From Phycisphaerales bacterium (lineage in GTDB: Bacteria > Planctomycetota > Phycisphaerae > Phycisphaerales > SM1A02), in assembly GCA_018883105.1 (NCBI GenBank), contig VEQS01000001.1, positions 2,161 to 66,160 of the forward strand: DNA of 64,000 nt, in the 5' to 3' direction. Below, in pieces: positions 1 to 9,373 of this stretch. How positions within the stretch are numbered: position 1 is the stretch's first letter; each line of letters starts with the position of its first letter. Below the pieces are notes generated by a model. That model was given only the letters and a program-made list of their open reading frames with translations, had not been told where the DNA came from and did no database searches. The position numbers and the translations under genes were made by a program.

Positions 1-231
1 GATCGAACGCCCCACCCCAGCCGAACGACAGGCCGAACCCCGGTGGCCGCACCAAGCGAGTTGTTGCGTGCGTCCAACCCACGCCCCCGGACGCACCCAT
101 CGCCCACAGCACGCAACTTGTCTGAGCGACTGCGGCCACCGGGGTTCGGCCGACCACGCAAGGCGCCCACCGACCGCGGCCCCCCCGCACGCTGGCCCGC
201 CGCGCGGCCCGTTCCTATACTTCCCGCCCCT

Positions 232-987
232 ATGAAGGAACTGATCGCAGGAAGGGGCCTTCGCAAGTCCTTCGGCAGTTTCGAGGCGGTGCGCGGCATC
301 GACCTGTCGGTGCCCGCCGGCCAGGTGCTGGGCTTCCTCGGGCCGAATGGCGCCGGAAAGAGCACGACGATGCGCATGCTGACGGGCTTCCTGGAGCCCT
401 CGGCAGGTTCTGTGCATCTCGCCGGCATCTCGCTCGCCGACGACCCGATCGCGGCCAAGCGCACATTCGGCTACCTGCCCGAGGGCGCGCCCGCCTACGG
501 CGACATGCGCGTGGAGGAGTTCCTCCTATTCGTGGCGCGCACCCGCGGCTACGACCCCGGCGAGGCGCGGCGGCGCGTGGACGGCGCGATCGACCGGCTG
601 CACCTGGGGCCCTACCGCAAGCAGCTGGTCGAGACGCTGTCGAAGGGCTACAAGCGCCGCACGGGGCTTGCGCAGGCGATCCTGCATGACCCGCCGATCC
701 TGATCCTCGACGAGCCGACCGACGGGCTCGACCCGAACCAGAAGCACGAGGTGCGCGAGCTGATCCGGCGCCTGGGCGGCGAGCGCGCCGTGGTGCTCTC
801 GACCCACATCCTGGAGGAGGTGGAGGCCGTGTGCACGCGCGCGGTGATCATCAACGAGGGGCGGATCGTCTTCGACGGGACGCCCGGCCAGCTTGACGCG
901 AAGGCACCGGCCGGCGTGACCCGCAACCGCATGGACCACGTGTTCCGCATGCTGACCACGAGCGACGTGGCGGGAGGCGCGCGATGA
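232..987 (+). CDS. ABC transporter ATP-binding protein (GldA-like subunit of an ABC-2 exporter)
   Basis: Walker A GPNGAGKST, signature LSKGYKRR and Walker B ILILDEPT. Start moved from the ORF-track start (43) to ATG 232 (MKELIAGRGL) because the upstream part is Arg/Pro-rich and does not look coding. ATGA stop/start overlap with the next gene at 984-987. Confidence 0.9.
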   Translation: MKELIAGRGLRKSFGSFEAVRGIDLSVPAGQVLGFLGPNGAGKSTTMRMLTGFLEPSAGSVHLAGISLADDPIAAKRTFGYLPEGAPAYGDMRVEEFLLFVARTRGYDPGEARRRVDGAIDRLHLGPYRKQLVETLSKGYKRRTGLAQAILHDPPILILDEPTDGLDPNQKHEVRELIRRLGGERAVVLSTHILEEVEAVCTRAVIINEGRIVFDGTPGQLDAKAPAGVTRNRMDHVFRMLTTSDVAGGAR

Positions 988-1727
988 GCGCCGCCGCACG
1001 CATCGGCTCGGTCTTCCGCCGCGAGTTCGGCGCGTACTTCGCCAGCCCGCTCGCCGGGATCTTCCTGGTGATCTACCTGTTCATGAGCGGCATCTTCACG
1101 TTCCAGCTCGGGGCGTTCTACGAGCGCGGGCAGGCGGACCTGCGGCCATTCTTCCAGGGGCAGCCGTGGCTCTACCTGTTCCTGGTGCCGGCCCTCAGCA
1201 TGCGCCTCTGGGCCGAGGACCGGCGCACGGGGACGATCGAGCTGCTCCTCACGCTGCCCGTCTCGGTGCGCGACCTGGTGCTCGGCAAGTTCCTCGCCGC
1301 GTGGGCGTTCGCGTGCGCGGCGCTTGCGCTGACCGTGCCGCTCTGGGTGACGGTCGGCTGGCTCGGGAAGCCCGACCACGGGGCGATCGTCGTCGGGTAC
1401 CTCGCGTGCGCGCTGCTCTCGGGGACGCTGCTTGCGCTCGGCGCGTTCCTCTCGGCGTTCACCAAGAACCAGGTGATCGCGTTCGTCCTGTGCGGGGTGG
1501 CCGGGTTCCTCCTGATGGTGACCGGCTTCCCGATCGTGCTCGACTTCGTGTCGGGGTGGCTGCCGCGCGTCGCCGTCGAGGCGATCGGGGCGATGAGCGC
1601 GCTCACCCACTTCGACAGCATGATGCGCGGCGTCCTCGACGTCCGCGACGTCCTCTATTTCACGTCCCTGACCGCAGCGTTCCTGTTCCTGAACGGCGTC
1701 GTGGTCGAGTGGAAGAAGGCGGAGTAA
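984..1727 (+). CDS. ABC-2 type transporter permease (GldF-like)
   Basis: 247 aa polytopic hydrophobic protein, translationally coupled to the ATPase. Typical ABC-2 permease length and position. Confidence 0.8.
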   Translation: MSAAARIGSVFRREFGAYFASPLAGIFLVIYLFMSGIFTFQLGAFYERGQADLRPFFQGQPWLYLFLVPALSMRLWAEDRRTGTIELLLTLPVSVRDLVLGKFLAAWAFACAALALTVPLWVTVGWLGKPDHGAIVVGYLACALLSGTLLALGAFLSAFTKNQVIAFVLCGVAGFLLMVTGFPIVLDFVSGWLPRVAVEAIGAMSALTHFDSMMRGVLDVRDVLYFTSLTAAFLFLNGVVVEWKKAE

Positions 1728-1730
1728 CCC

Positions 1731-3605
1731 ATGGCCGCACGCACCGAGGCCCGCAGGAACGCTCTCATCGTGATCGCCGCCGTGCTGGTGGGCGTGGTCG
1801 CCCTCAACACGGTGGTGTCGATCGCCGTGCCGTTCGCACGCGTCGACCTGACGCAGGACCGGCTGTACAGCACGAGCAGCGGCGTCGACAAGGCACTCGC
1901 CTCGCTCGACGAGCCGGTGCGGGTCACCCTGTACTGGACGCAGGAAGGCTCGAAGGACCAGCCCCTCATCCGCGCGCACGGCCAGCGCGTGCGCGAGTAC
2001 CTGGAGGAGATCGCACGGCGCTCGAAGGGGAACGTCGAGTTCCGCTTCGTCGACCCCGAGCCCTTCAGCGAGGCCGAGGACGAGGCACGCGCCGCGGGCC
2101 TGCCCGCGCTCGCGGTGGACGGCAGCGGGCGCACGCTCACGCTCGGGCTCGTGGTGAGCGGGCCGACCGACCGCAAGGAGACCATCCCCTACCTCTCGCC
2201 GGAGAACGAGCCGCTCCTCGAGTACGAGCTGGTGCGCGCGATTGCGGCGGTGGGCCGGCCCTCGAAGCCGAAGGTCGGGCTCCTGAGCACGATGCCCGTC
2301 GACGGCGGCTTCGACCCGCGCAACCCGATGCAGCAGAAGGCGCCGCCGGTGGTGATCGAGCAGCTGCGCGAGCAGTGCGACGTGGTCACGGTCGACCCGA
2401 TGGCGAAGGAGCTGCCCGCGGACCTCGGTGCGCTGGTCCTGCTGCAGCCGCGGAACCTCTCCGAGGACATGTTGAAGGCGATCGACGCCTGGGCGGTGTC
2501 CGGCAAGCCGCTCGTCGTGTTCGCGGATCCCTACGCGGAGACCGACTCCGGCCCCGACGCGCAGGCGATGGGCGCCAAGCGCGGCGGCACGACCTACGAC
2601 CTGGGCCCGCTGCTTGCCGCGTGGGGCGTCGACATCCCGCGCGACATGGTGGTCGGCGACCTCGACCACGCGACGCGCGTGCGCGCGCCCGGGCGCAACG
2701 GCGGCGTGCGCGAGCTTGACTACCCCACCTGGCTCTCGATGACGCCAGACACCCTGACCAAGGAGGATCCGCTGGTCGGCGGGCTGCAGGCGCTCAACTT
2801 CATGAGCCCGGGGAGCATCGAGCCGGCCGAGGGTGCCACGAGCAAGGTGGAGCCGCTGGTGCGTACCGGCGAGCGCTCGCAGCTGGTGCAGACGATGAAG
2901 ATCGGCTTCTTCGGCGACCCAGAGCAGCTCCTCAAGGACTTCAAGCCCGACGGCAAGCCGAAGACCATCGCCGCGCGCATCGGCGGCGAGATCGCCTCGG
3001 CCTACCCGGCCGCCGACGGCACCAAGGCGACGGGCAAGGCCAACATCCTGCTCGTCGCGGACGCCGACCTCGTGGCCGACGACACCTGGGTGATCGACGA
3101 GCGCGTCGGGGGCATGAGCCTCGGCAAGCGTGCGATCGCCGACAACGGACCGCTCGTCATCAACGCCATCGAGCTCGCGGCCGGCAACCCGGCGCTCGCC
3201 GAGATCCGTGCGCGCGGGCAGTTCCGCCGGCCCTTCACGGTGGTCGACGCGATGCGCAAGGACGCCCAGACGAAGTTCATCGCGCGCGAGAAGGACCTGC
3301 AGGACGAGATCCAGCGCACCGAGCTCCAGATCGGCGAGCTGCAGCGCGAGCGCACCGCCGACGGCATGCAGCAGATCGTCCTCTCGCCGGAGCAGGTGAA
3401 GCGGATCGAGGAGCTGCAGCAACGGATGATCGCCGCGCGCAAGGAGCTGCGTCAGGTGCAGCTCGAGCTGCGCCGGGGTGTCGAACAGCTGGGCACCAAC
3501 CTGCTGGTGGCGAACTCGGTGCTGTGGCCGCTCGTCGTGGCCGCGGGGGCGCTCGCCTGGTACGTGGTGCGCGGCCGCTCGAGCCGCCGGGAGGCCGCGC
3601 GATGA
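1731..3605 (+). CDS. GldG-like auxiliary component of an ABC-type transport system
   Basis: 624 aa with an N-terminal TM (ALIVIAAVLVGVVAL), a large soluble domain, a coiled-coil and a C-terminal TM (LWPLVVAAGALAWYVV). This is the architecture and gene order of GldA-F-G trios. Confidence 0.7.
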   Translation: MAARTEARRNALIVIAAVLVGVVALNTVVSIAVPFARVDLTQDRLYSTSSGVDKALASLDEPVRVTLYWTQEGSKDQPLIRAHGQRVREYLEEIARRSKGNVEFRFVDPEPFSEAEDEARAAGLPALAVDGSGRTLTLGLVVSGPTDRKETIPYLSPENEPLLEYELVRAIAAVGRPSKPKVGLLSTMPVDGGFDPRNPMQQKAPPVVIEQLREQCDVVTVDPMAKELPADLGALVLLQPRNLSEDMLKAIDAWAVSGKPLVVFADPYAETDSGPDAQAMGAKRGGTTYDLGPLLAAWGVDIPRDMVVGDLDHATRVRAPGRNGGVRELDYPTWLSMTPDTLTKEDPLVGGLQALNFMSPGSIEPAEGATSKVEPLVRTGERSQLVQTMKIGFFGDPEQLLKDFKPDGKPKTIAARIGGEIASAYPAADGTKATGKANILLVADADLVADDTWVIDERVGGMSLGKRAIADNGPLVINAIELAAGNPALAEIRARGQFRRPFTVVDAMRKDAQTKFIAREKDLQDEIQRTELQIGELQRERTADGMQQIVLSPEQVKRIEELQQRMIAARKELRQVQLELRRGVEQLGTNLLVANSVLWPLVVAAGALAWYVVRGRSSRREAAR

Positions 3606-4702
3606 AGCGGGCGAACGCCGTCCTGGTGGTCGCGGGCGCGGGCGTGCTGGTGGCTGCCGCATGGTTCCTGGCGCAGGGCCGGGGGCCGTCGGGCGAGCGC
3701 GCGCGCGGCTCTGCGGTGCTGCCCGGCCTCGAGCAGCGCGCCGGCGAGGTGGCCGCCATCGAGGTGTCGCGCGGCACCGCCACGGTGCGCCTCGAGAACC
3801 GGAAGGATGCCGGCTGGGCGATCGCCACGAGCGACGGCTATCCCGCGCGCACGGAACTGGTTCGCGCACTGGTCGCAAGCCTCGGCGGGCTCACCATCGA
3901 GGACAAGATGACCGCCAAGCCGGAGCGCCACAAGGAACTCGCGCTCGCGTGGCCGGACGCCGAAGGCCGCGCGCGCCTCGTGCGATTCGTGGGCGCCGAC
4001 CCGGGCGCGGCGCCGGTCGCGGAACTCGTCATCGGCGAGGAACGGTTCTCACCCGACGCGGTCTTCGTGCGCACGCCCGGCCAGGACCAGACGTGGCGCG
4101 CGCGCGGGCGCGTGCAGATCCCGGATGACGCGATGGGCTGGATGGACCGCAGCCTGTTGGTGCTGCCGTCCGATGAGACCATGTCCGTCGACTTCGACGG
4201 GCTGACCATCGGGCGGCCAGCGGACACCGCCCCCGCCGCCGACGGCGAACGCCGGCCGTGGGAAGCGAAGGTGGATGACGCGCAGCGCGCGTCCTGGAGC
4301 GAGGCGCAGCAGGAGAGCGCGAAGCTCGGGCTGCCGTCGTTCCTGGAGCGCCTGGAGTTCGAGGCGGTGCGCCGGGCGCGCGGCGACGTGGCCAAGGAAC
4401 CGAAGTGGACCGCCACCTTCGACCTGAAGACCGGCACCGTCACGCTCGCCGGGCACGAGGAGCCCGAGGGGGTGTGGTTCACGCTGACCGCCTTCCCCAA
4501 GCCGGACGCCCCCAAGGCCACGCCACCCGCCAACGAATACGACCCATACGTTCCGGATTGGTCCGCGTTTGCCGCCCGCACGGCCGGCTGGGAGTACCGG
4601 ATGCCCGCATGGAAGGCCGACACCCTGCGGCGGATGCGCCAGGCACCGGCGGCCGACGCCGCGGCCGCACAAACGGACCAAGGTGCCCAGATTCAGCCCT
4701 GA
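3602..4702 (+). CDS. DUF4340-like membrane-anchored protein
   Basis: Start at ATG 3602 ([23 protein letters not shown]) overlaps the upstream stop as ATGA. It is the fourth gene after gldAFG-like genes, where DUF4340 proteins are commonly found. Family assignment is from memory of that context. Confidence 0.55.
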   Translation: MKRANAVLVVAGAGVLVAAAWFLAQGRGPSGERARGSAVLPGLEQRAGEVAAIEVSRGTATVRLENRKDAGWAIATSDGYPARTELVRALVASLGGLTIEDKMTAKPERHKELALAWPDAEGRARLVRFVGADPGAAPVAELVIGEERFSPDAVFVRTPGQDQTWRARGRVQIPDDAMGWMDRSLLVLPSDETMSVDFDGLTIGRPADTAPAADGERRPWEAKVDDAQRASWSEAQQESAKLGLPSFLERLEFEAVRRARGDVAKEPKWTATFDLKTGTVTLAGHEEPEGVWFTLTAFPKPDAPKATPPANEYDPYVPDWSAFAARTAGWEYRMPAWKADTLRRMRQAPAADAAAAQTDQGAQIQP

Positions 4703-4875
4703 ACGGGCCGGAAACGCCGGGAATCCCTGCCAGCGTCCTTGACCCCCCGCCGGGGGTTCCCGATCTTCTTCCTTGGACCGAGTCTGGGCCCAAGGTGCGT
4801 CCCCGTGCGTTGCGGGCGCCCGTCGGCCGGGAAGCGAGGGGTTGCGTGGCGTTTGCGATCCCTGGATCGACCCGC

Positions 4876-6435
4876 ATGGCCGTCGTCGGCATCGCCGCGA
4901 GCGTCGCGCTGGGCGTCGCCGGTGCCACGGTGGCCTGGAACGGGGCCGCCGACGGCGACGTGGACCCGCCCTCGGAACAGGCGCTGCGCCAGGCCCGCGT
5001 CGCGGTGACCGCGACCATCGGCTCGGTGGCGACGCTCGCCACGTTTTCCACCGCGCTCCTCCTGCAGACCCGGCGGCAGCGCCGCGCGCAGGCCGCGCTC
5101 GAGCGCGCGCGCAGCGAGGCCGATGCCGCGAGCCGCGCCAAGACCGATTTCCTCGCGAACATGAGCCACGAGATCCGCACGCCGATGACCGCGATCCTCG
5201 GCTACGTGGACCTGCTCGCCGACGGCAACGTGGGCGCACCAGGGGCGCCCACGCGCGACGAGGCCGTGGACACCATCCGCCGCAACGCGCGCCACCTGCT
5301 CTCGGTGCTGAACGACATGCTCGACCTCTCGAAGATCGAGTCGGGCCACATGGATGTCGACCGCCAGCCCGTGCGGACGGTGGACCTGGTGCAGGACGTG
5401 ATGCGCCTGATGGACGACCGTGCGCGCCGGCGCGGCATCGCGCTCAAGCTCGCGCTCGAGGGCGACGTGCCCGAGGGCATCGTCACCGATCCCACGCGGC
5501 TTCGGCAGATCCTCATCAACCTGGTGGGGAACGCCGTGAAGTTCACCGAGCACGGTGCCGTCACGGTCACCGTGCGGCGCGACCCCGGCGAGCGGCGCAT
5601 GCTCGGCTTCGAGGTCACCGACACCGGGATCGGCATGACCCCCGAGCAGCTCTCGCGCCTGTACCAGCCCTTCGTGCAGGCGGACACGTCGACGACGCGG
5701 CGCTTCGGCGGCACGGGCCTGGGCCTGGCGATCACGCGTCGCTGCGTGGACATGCTCGGCGGCACGATCTCGGTGCGCAGCGCCCCCGGCGCCGGCACCA
5801 CCTTCGACGTGCGCATCGACGTCGGCGACATGGAGGGCACGCCGCCCGCCTCGCTGCGCTCCGGCACGGCGCCCGCGCCGACGCCCGCGGCCGCCCCGCC
5901 CGCCGCGCGCGTCGGCCGCCAGCCGCTCTCGGGGGTGCGCGTCCTCCTTGCCGAGGACGGGATCGACAGCCAGCGGCTCATCCGCTTCCACCTCGAGCGC
6001 GCCGGGGCGCGCGTCACGGTGGTGGGGAACGGCGCCAAGGCCGTCGAGGAGGTGCACGCCGCCTCGCGCCTTGACCGCCACGACGTGATCCTGATGGACA
6101 TGCAGATGCCGGTGATGGACGGCTATGACGCCGCGCGGCGCCTGGCCGCCTCGGGCGACTGCGCGCCGATCATCGCGCTCACCGCCCAGGGCATGACCGG
6201 CGACCGTGAGCGCTGCCTCGATTCCGGCTGCCGCGACTACCTCTGCAAGCCGGTCGACCCCCGGGCCCTGATCGCCGCCATCCGGCACGCGATCGCCCCC
6301 GGTGCCACCGAATGCACGGCGATCCGCCAGATGCCCCGGGAGGTGCCCGAGGATTCACGCCCGGCGTCGACGCCGGCCGATATCCACCGGGCCCCGCGGC
6401 CCGGTGGGCCGGCGGGACCGCCTTCCGCCAGCTGA
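4876..6435 (+). CDS. Hybrid sensor histidine kinase / response regulator
   Basis: H-box [20 protein letters not shown]-box [13 protein letters not shown]-boxes DTGIGM and GGTGLGLAI, and a C-terminal receiver (VLLAEDG...[12 protein letters not shown]...LCKP). Start set at ATG 4876 ([14 protein letters not shown], first TM). Confidence 0.9.
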   Translation: MAVVGIAASVALGVAGATVAWNGAADGDVDPPSEQALRQARVAVTATIGSVATLATFSTALLLQTRRQRRAQAALERARSEADAASRAKTDFLANMSHEIRTPMTAILGYVDLLADGNVGAPGAPTRDEAVDTIRRNARHLLSVLNDMLDLSKIESGHMDVDRQPVRTVDLVQDVMRLMDDRARRRGIALKLALEGDVPEGIVTDPTRLRQILINLVGNAVKFTEHGAVTVTVRRDPGERRMLGFEVTDTGIGMTPEQLSRLYQPFVQADTSTTRRFGGTGLGLAITRRCVDMLGGTISVRSAPGAGTTFDVRIDVGDMEGTPPASLRSGTAPAPTPAAAPPAARVGRQPLSGVRVLLAEDGIDSQRLIRFHLERAGARVTVVGNGAKAVEEVHAASRLDRHDVILMDMQMPVMDGYDAARRLAASGDCAPIIALTAQGMTGDRERCLDSGCRDYLCKPVDPRALIAAIRHAIAPGATECTAIRQMPREVPEDSRPASTPADIHRAPRPGGPAGPPSAS

Positions 6436-6445
6436 GGATCCCTCC

Positions 6446-7189
6446 ATGCGCATGGACCCGCGCACCGCCGTCACCCTCGTCGCCCTCATCGCCACCGGGT
6501 GCAGCGCCCCGACCATGTCGGAGCGCATCTCGAAGTCGATCGGCAACCTGTCCGACGTGCAGGCCTCCGGGCAGCCCGTCGACGCGGAGATCTTCCGCGA
6601 GGCGCGCGGCATCGCCATCCTCGACGAGACGCAGGCGGGGCTCGTGATCGGCGGCGCGGGCGGCCGCGGGCTCCTGATGCGCCGGCTCGACACCGGCTGG
6701 TCGGCCCCGTGCGCGATCCGCGTCGAGGGCTTCTCGATCGGCGTCACGGTGGGCGGCGAGGGCCGCAACGTGGTCATCGTCTTCTCGACCGACGAGGCGA
6801 TCGACAAGTTCGTCGCCGACGGCAGCTACTTCCTCGCCCAGGCGCAGGGCACCTTCGGGGACGCCTACGGCCGCACCAGCGACCCCGCGGACCGGCGTGA
6901 CCAGGTCCACGTGTACGCGGTGGCCGGCGGCGTCTACGGCACCTGCGCCCTCGGCAGCATCGGCTTCAAGATCGACCACGACGCGAACGTCACCGCCTAC
7001 GGCGCGGGCGTGAGCGAGTGGGACATCCTCGACGGCAAGGTGCCCGCACCCGCGGGCCAGGCGGCACTCGTGAGCCGGCTCGACCGGATCACCGGCCCGC
7101 GCACCGCCACGCGCGGCAAGTGGGACCGCACGCAGCCGGCACCCGCGGCCGGTGCGCAGCGCCAGGCCGCCACCGTCACCGAGGAGTGA
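6446..7189 (+). CDS. SYLF (Ysc84/DUF500) domain lipoprotein
   Basis: Lipobox LIATGC after MRMDPRTAVTLVA. Core ARGIAIL...AGLVIGGAGGRGLLMRR...WSAPCAI...GFSIGVTVGGEG..VVIVF matches the SYLF pattern as I recall it. Confidence 0.7.
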   Translation: MRMDPRTAVTLVALIATGCSAPTMSERISKSIGNLSDVQASGQPVDAEIFREARGIAILDETQAGLVIGGAGGRGLLMRRLDTGWSAPCAIRVEGFSIGVTVGGEGRNVVIVFSTDEAIDKFVADGSYFLAQAQGTFGDAYGRTSDPADRRDQVHVYAVAGGVYGTCALGSIGFKIDHDANVTAYGAGVSEWDILDGKVPAPAGQAALVSRLDRITGPRTATRGKWDRTQPAPAAGAQRQAATVTEE

Positions 7190-8219
7190 CGCCCGCGGCC
7201 GTCGCGGTGCCGTCCGCGGGCGGGGGCGCCAGGCCGGCCTCGCGCAGGAACGCGTGCATCGCGCCGATGGTGGCGGGGAAGTCGTCGGAGAACGCCACGT
7301 GCCCTGCCCCGGGGATGAGCGCGGTGCGCGCGTGGGGGATCCCGCGCACGAAGACCGAGAGCATCGACGGGTCGGTCACCATGTCCGCCGTGCCGTAGAG
7401 CACGAACGTCGGCGCGCGCACGGCAGCCATGCGGCCGTCGAGCCCCGAGACCAGGAACGGCCGCAGCGCATCGGCGATCTGCAGCGTGTCGTCGCGGCGC
7501 GCGACGGCCTGCTCGACGAACCAGCGCCGGAAGGGGGCAGGCACCGAGGGCGGGCGCGCGAAGACGGTGGCGGTGATGCGGTCGAAGTCGGCCTCGGTGG
7601 CGAGGTCGAGCGGGTTCTCGCCCGCGTCGGCGCGGCGCATGAACGCGTTGCGCACCGGCGGGTCGACCCCGGCCGGCGAGAGCATGAGCAGCCCACGCAC
7701 GCGTGCGGCATCCGAGATCGCCAGCTCGCACGCCACCGCGCCGCCCATCGACGTGCCGACCACCACCGCCTGCGGCACGCCGACGGCGTCCATGAAGCGT
7801 CCAACCTCGCGTGCGTAGAAGGCACCGTCATGCCGCTCGCCGCGGTGGAACGGGTGCGCGGCGAAGCCGGGCAGGTCGGGCGCCAGCGTGCGCCAGCCGC
7901 GGCGCGCGAAGTGCGCAGCCATCGACATCATCGCGTCCTTGCTGGTGCCGTAGCCGTGCAGGAAGACCATCGGTGGTCCATCCGCCGGCCCGGCCTCCAG
8001 GTAGGGCCATGCGTGGCCGCCCACCTCGACCGACTTCAGCGTGACCCCCAGCCGCCAGTAGCCCACCTGGCGAAGGGGCACCACGAGCACCGACGGCTGC
8101 ACCCACCAGCCCCACGCGAGCGTCGCGGCGACGAGCGCAAGCGCGACGCCCGCGCCCAGCGCGGCACGTGCGATCCAGCGTCGGCGCCTCGATGTTCCCT
8201 TGACGGCAGGTGCGCTCAC
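7176..8219 (-). CDS. Membrane-anchored alpha/beta-fold hydrolase
   Basis: HG oxyanion motif FLHGYG and nucleophile elbow GTSMGG. N-terminal TM ALGAGVALALVAATLAWGWW. GTG start at 8219 overlaps the upstream stop as GTGA (8216-8219). An alternative GTG lies at 8204. Confidence 0.75.
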   Translation of the reverse strand: MSAPAVKGTSRRRRWIARAALGAGVALALVAATLAWGWWVQPSVLVVPLRQVGYWRLGVTLKSVEVGGHAWPYLEAGPADGPPMVFLHGYGTSKDAMMSMAAHFARRGWRTLAPDLPGFAAHPFHRGERHDGAFYAREVGRFMDAVGVPQAVVVGTSMGGAVACELAISDAARVRGLLMLSPAGVDPPVRNAFMRRADAGENPLDLATEADFDRITATVFARPPSVPAPFRRWFVEQAVARRDDTLQIADALRPFLVSGLDGRMAAVRAPTFVLYGTADMVTDPSMLSVFVRGIPHARTALIPGAGHVAFSDDFPATIGAMHAFLREAGLAPPPADGTATAAGVTPR

Positions 8220-9373
8220 GGCGCGTCGGAGCGTAGCGCGCCCGCCGAAGCCGCGGCCGGGGCCGGGGTGCGCCCGGCGATCCGCGCGCCGACGTCGGCC
8301 AGGAGCCGCTGCGCAACCTCGCGGTCGGGCTCGCGCGCCACGGCCTGCTCGAACATGGCGAGCGACTCGTCGAGCCGTCCCGACGCGTGCGCGGCGGCAC
8401 CGAGGAACATGTATCCCTCGGCGAGCGTGGGCTGGCGCTTGACGAGCGACCTGCCGCACTCGGTGACGCGGCTCCAGTCGCCCACCCGCCACGCTGCGTG
8501 ACCGAGCAGGATCGCGGTGCGGCCCTCGGGGTCGGGCTCGGCGAGGATCGCAAGCAGCACGTCGCGCGCCTCGGACGAGCGGCCGAGCAGGATCAGGTTT
8601 CGCGCGCGCAGGCGTGCCAGGTCCGGCCGCGAGAGCTGCTTGGCGAGCGCCGGGTCCTCGAGCGCGGACAGGGAACCCGCCCAGTCGCCCTTCGAGTAGC
8701 GGGCGAATGCCAGTTCCTCCAGGTGGTCGGGCGAGGACGTCTCGCGCACCATCGCGCGCTCCAGGAGGTCGGCGCAGCGCTCGTGGTCACCCTTCATCTT
8801 GGCGACGTCGGCGCGCAGGCGGTCGACCACGGGGCTGAACTCGAACTGCCGCTCGACGGACGCCAGGCGCGCCTCCGCGGCGTCATGCCGGCCCATCACG
8901 GTCATCAGCTCGATCTCCGCGGCGACGAAGTGCAGCTTCGACGGGTCGATCTCGGATGCCCTCGCGTAGCAGGAGAGCGCCTCCTCGTGCTCGCGCCAGC
9001 GCTGGTGGATGATGCCCAGGAAGTAGTGCGGCTCGGACTTCGACGGATCGAGCTCGGCGGCCGTCCGGAAGGCATCGCGGGCGTCGGAGACGCGGGTCAT
9101 CTCGTGGAGGATCCGGCCGCGCAGCAGGTGGTACGAGGATTCCTTCGGGAACCGGCCGACCGCGCGGTCGACGTGGCCGAGGGCGTCCTCGAACTGCCCG
9201 GAGTGGAACGACTGGCGCGCCTGGTCATAGGCGATCTGCGCGCCGGCCTTGTCGAAGCGGTCGCGCGCCTCGTTGCGAACCTTCTGCGAGTGCAGGGTGC
9301 CGTCGCAGCCGGCGAGCGGCGCGGCCACGGCGAAGAGGGCGGCAAGGATGCGTGCGTGCACGGGGAGCGTCAT
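8216..9373 (-). CDS. TPR-repeat lipoprotein (pilotin/PilF-PilW-like position next to the secretin)
   Basis: Start ATG 9373 (MTLPVHARILAALFAVAAPLAGC, lipobox) overlaps the secretin stop as ATGA. Repeated TPR-like helices run throughout (A..Y..A...F..G.FE.AL, YFLGIIHQRW...AL.CY..A). Confidence 0.7.
   Translation of the reverse strand: MTLPVHARILAALFAVAAPLAGCDGTLHSQKVRNEARDRFDKAGAQIAYDQARQSFHSGQFEDALGHVDRAVGRFPKESSYHLLRGRILHEMTRVSDARDAFRTAAELDPSKSEPHYFLGIIHQRWREHEEALSCYARASEIDPSKLHFVAAEIELMTVMGRHDAAEARLASVERQFEFSPVVDRLRADVAKMKGDHERCADLLERAMVRETSSPDHLEELAFARYSKGDWAGSLSALEDPALAKQLSRPDLARLRARNLILLGRSSEARDVLLAILAEPDPEGRTAILLGHAAWRVGDWSRVTECGRSLVKRQPTLAEGYMFLGAAAHASGRLDESLAMFEQAVAREPDREVAQRLLADVGARIAGRTPAPAAASAGALRSDAP

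Noticed and set aside
648-3878. 1076-aa ORF on the minus strand. Similar giant ORFs lie at 15674..20326 (-, 1550 aa), 24287..27721 (-, 1144 aa), 34499..40201 (+, 1900 aa), 35415.. and others.
   Set aside because: All are antisense to, or out of frame with, genes that carry clear family motifs. Their translations are Arg/Ala/Pro/Gly-rich low-complexity strings with no motifs. Long spurious ORFs are expected in roughly 70% GC DNA because stop codons are AT-rich.
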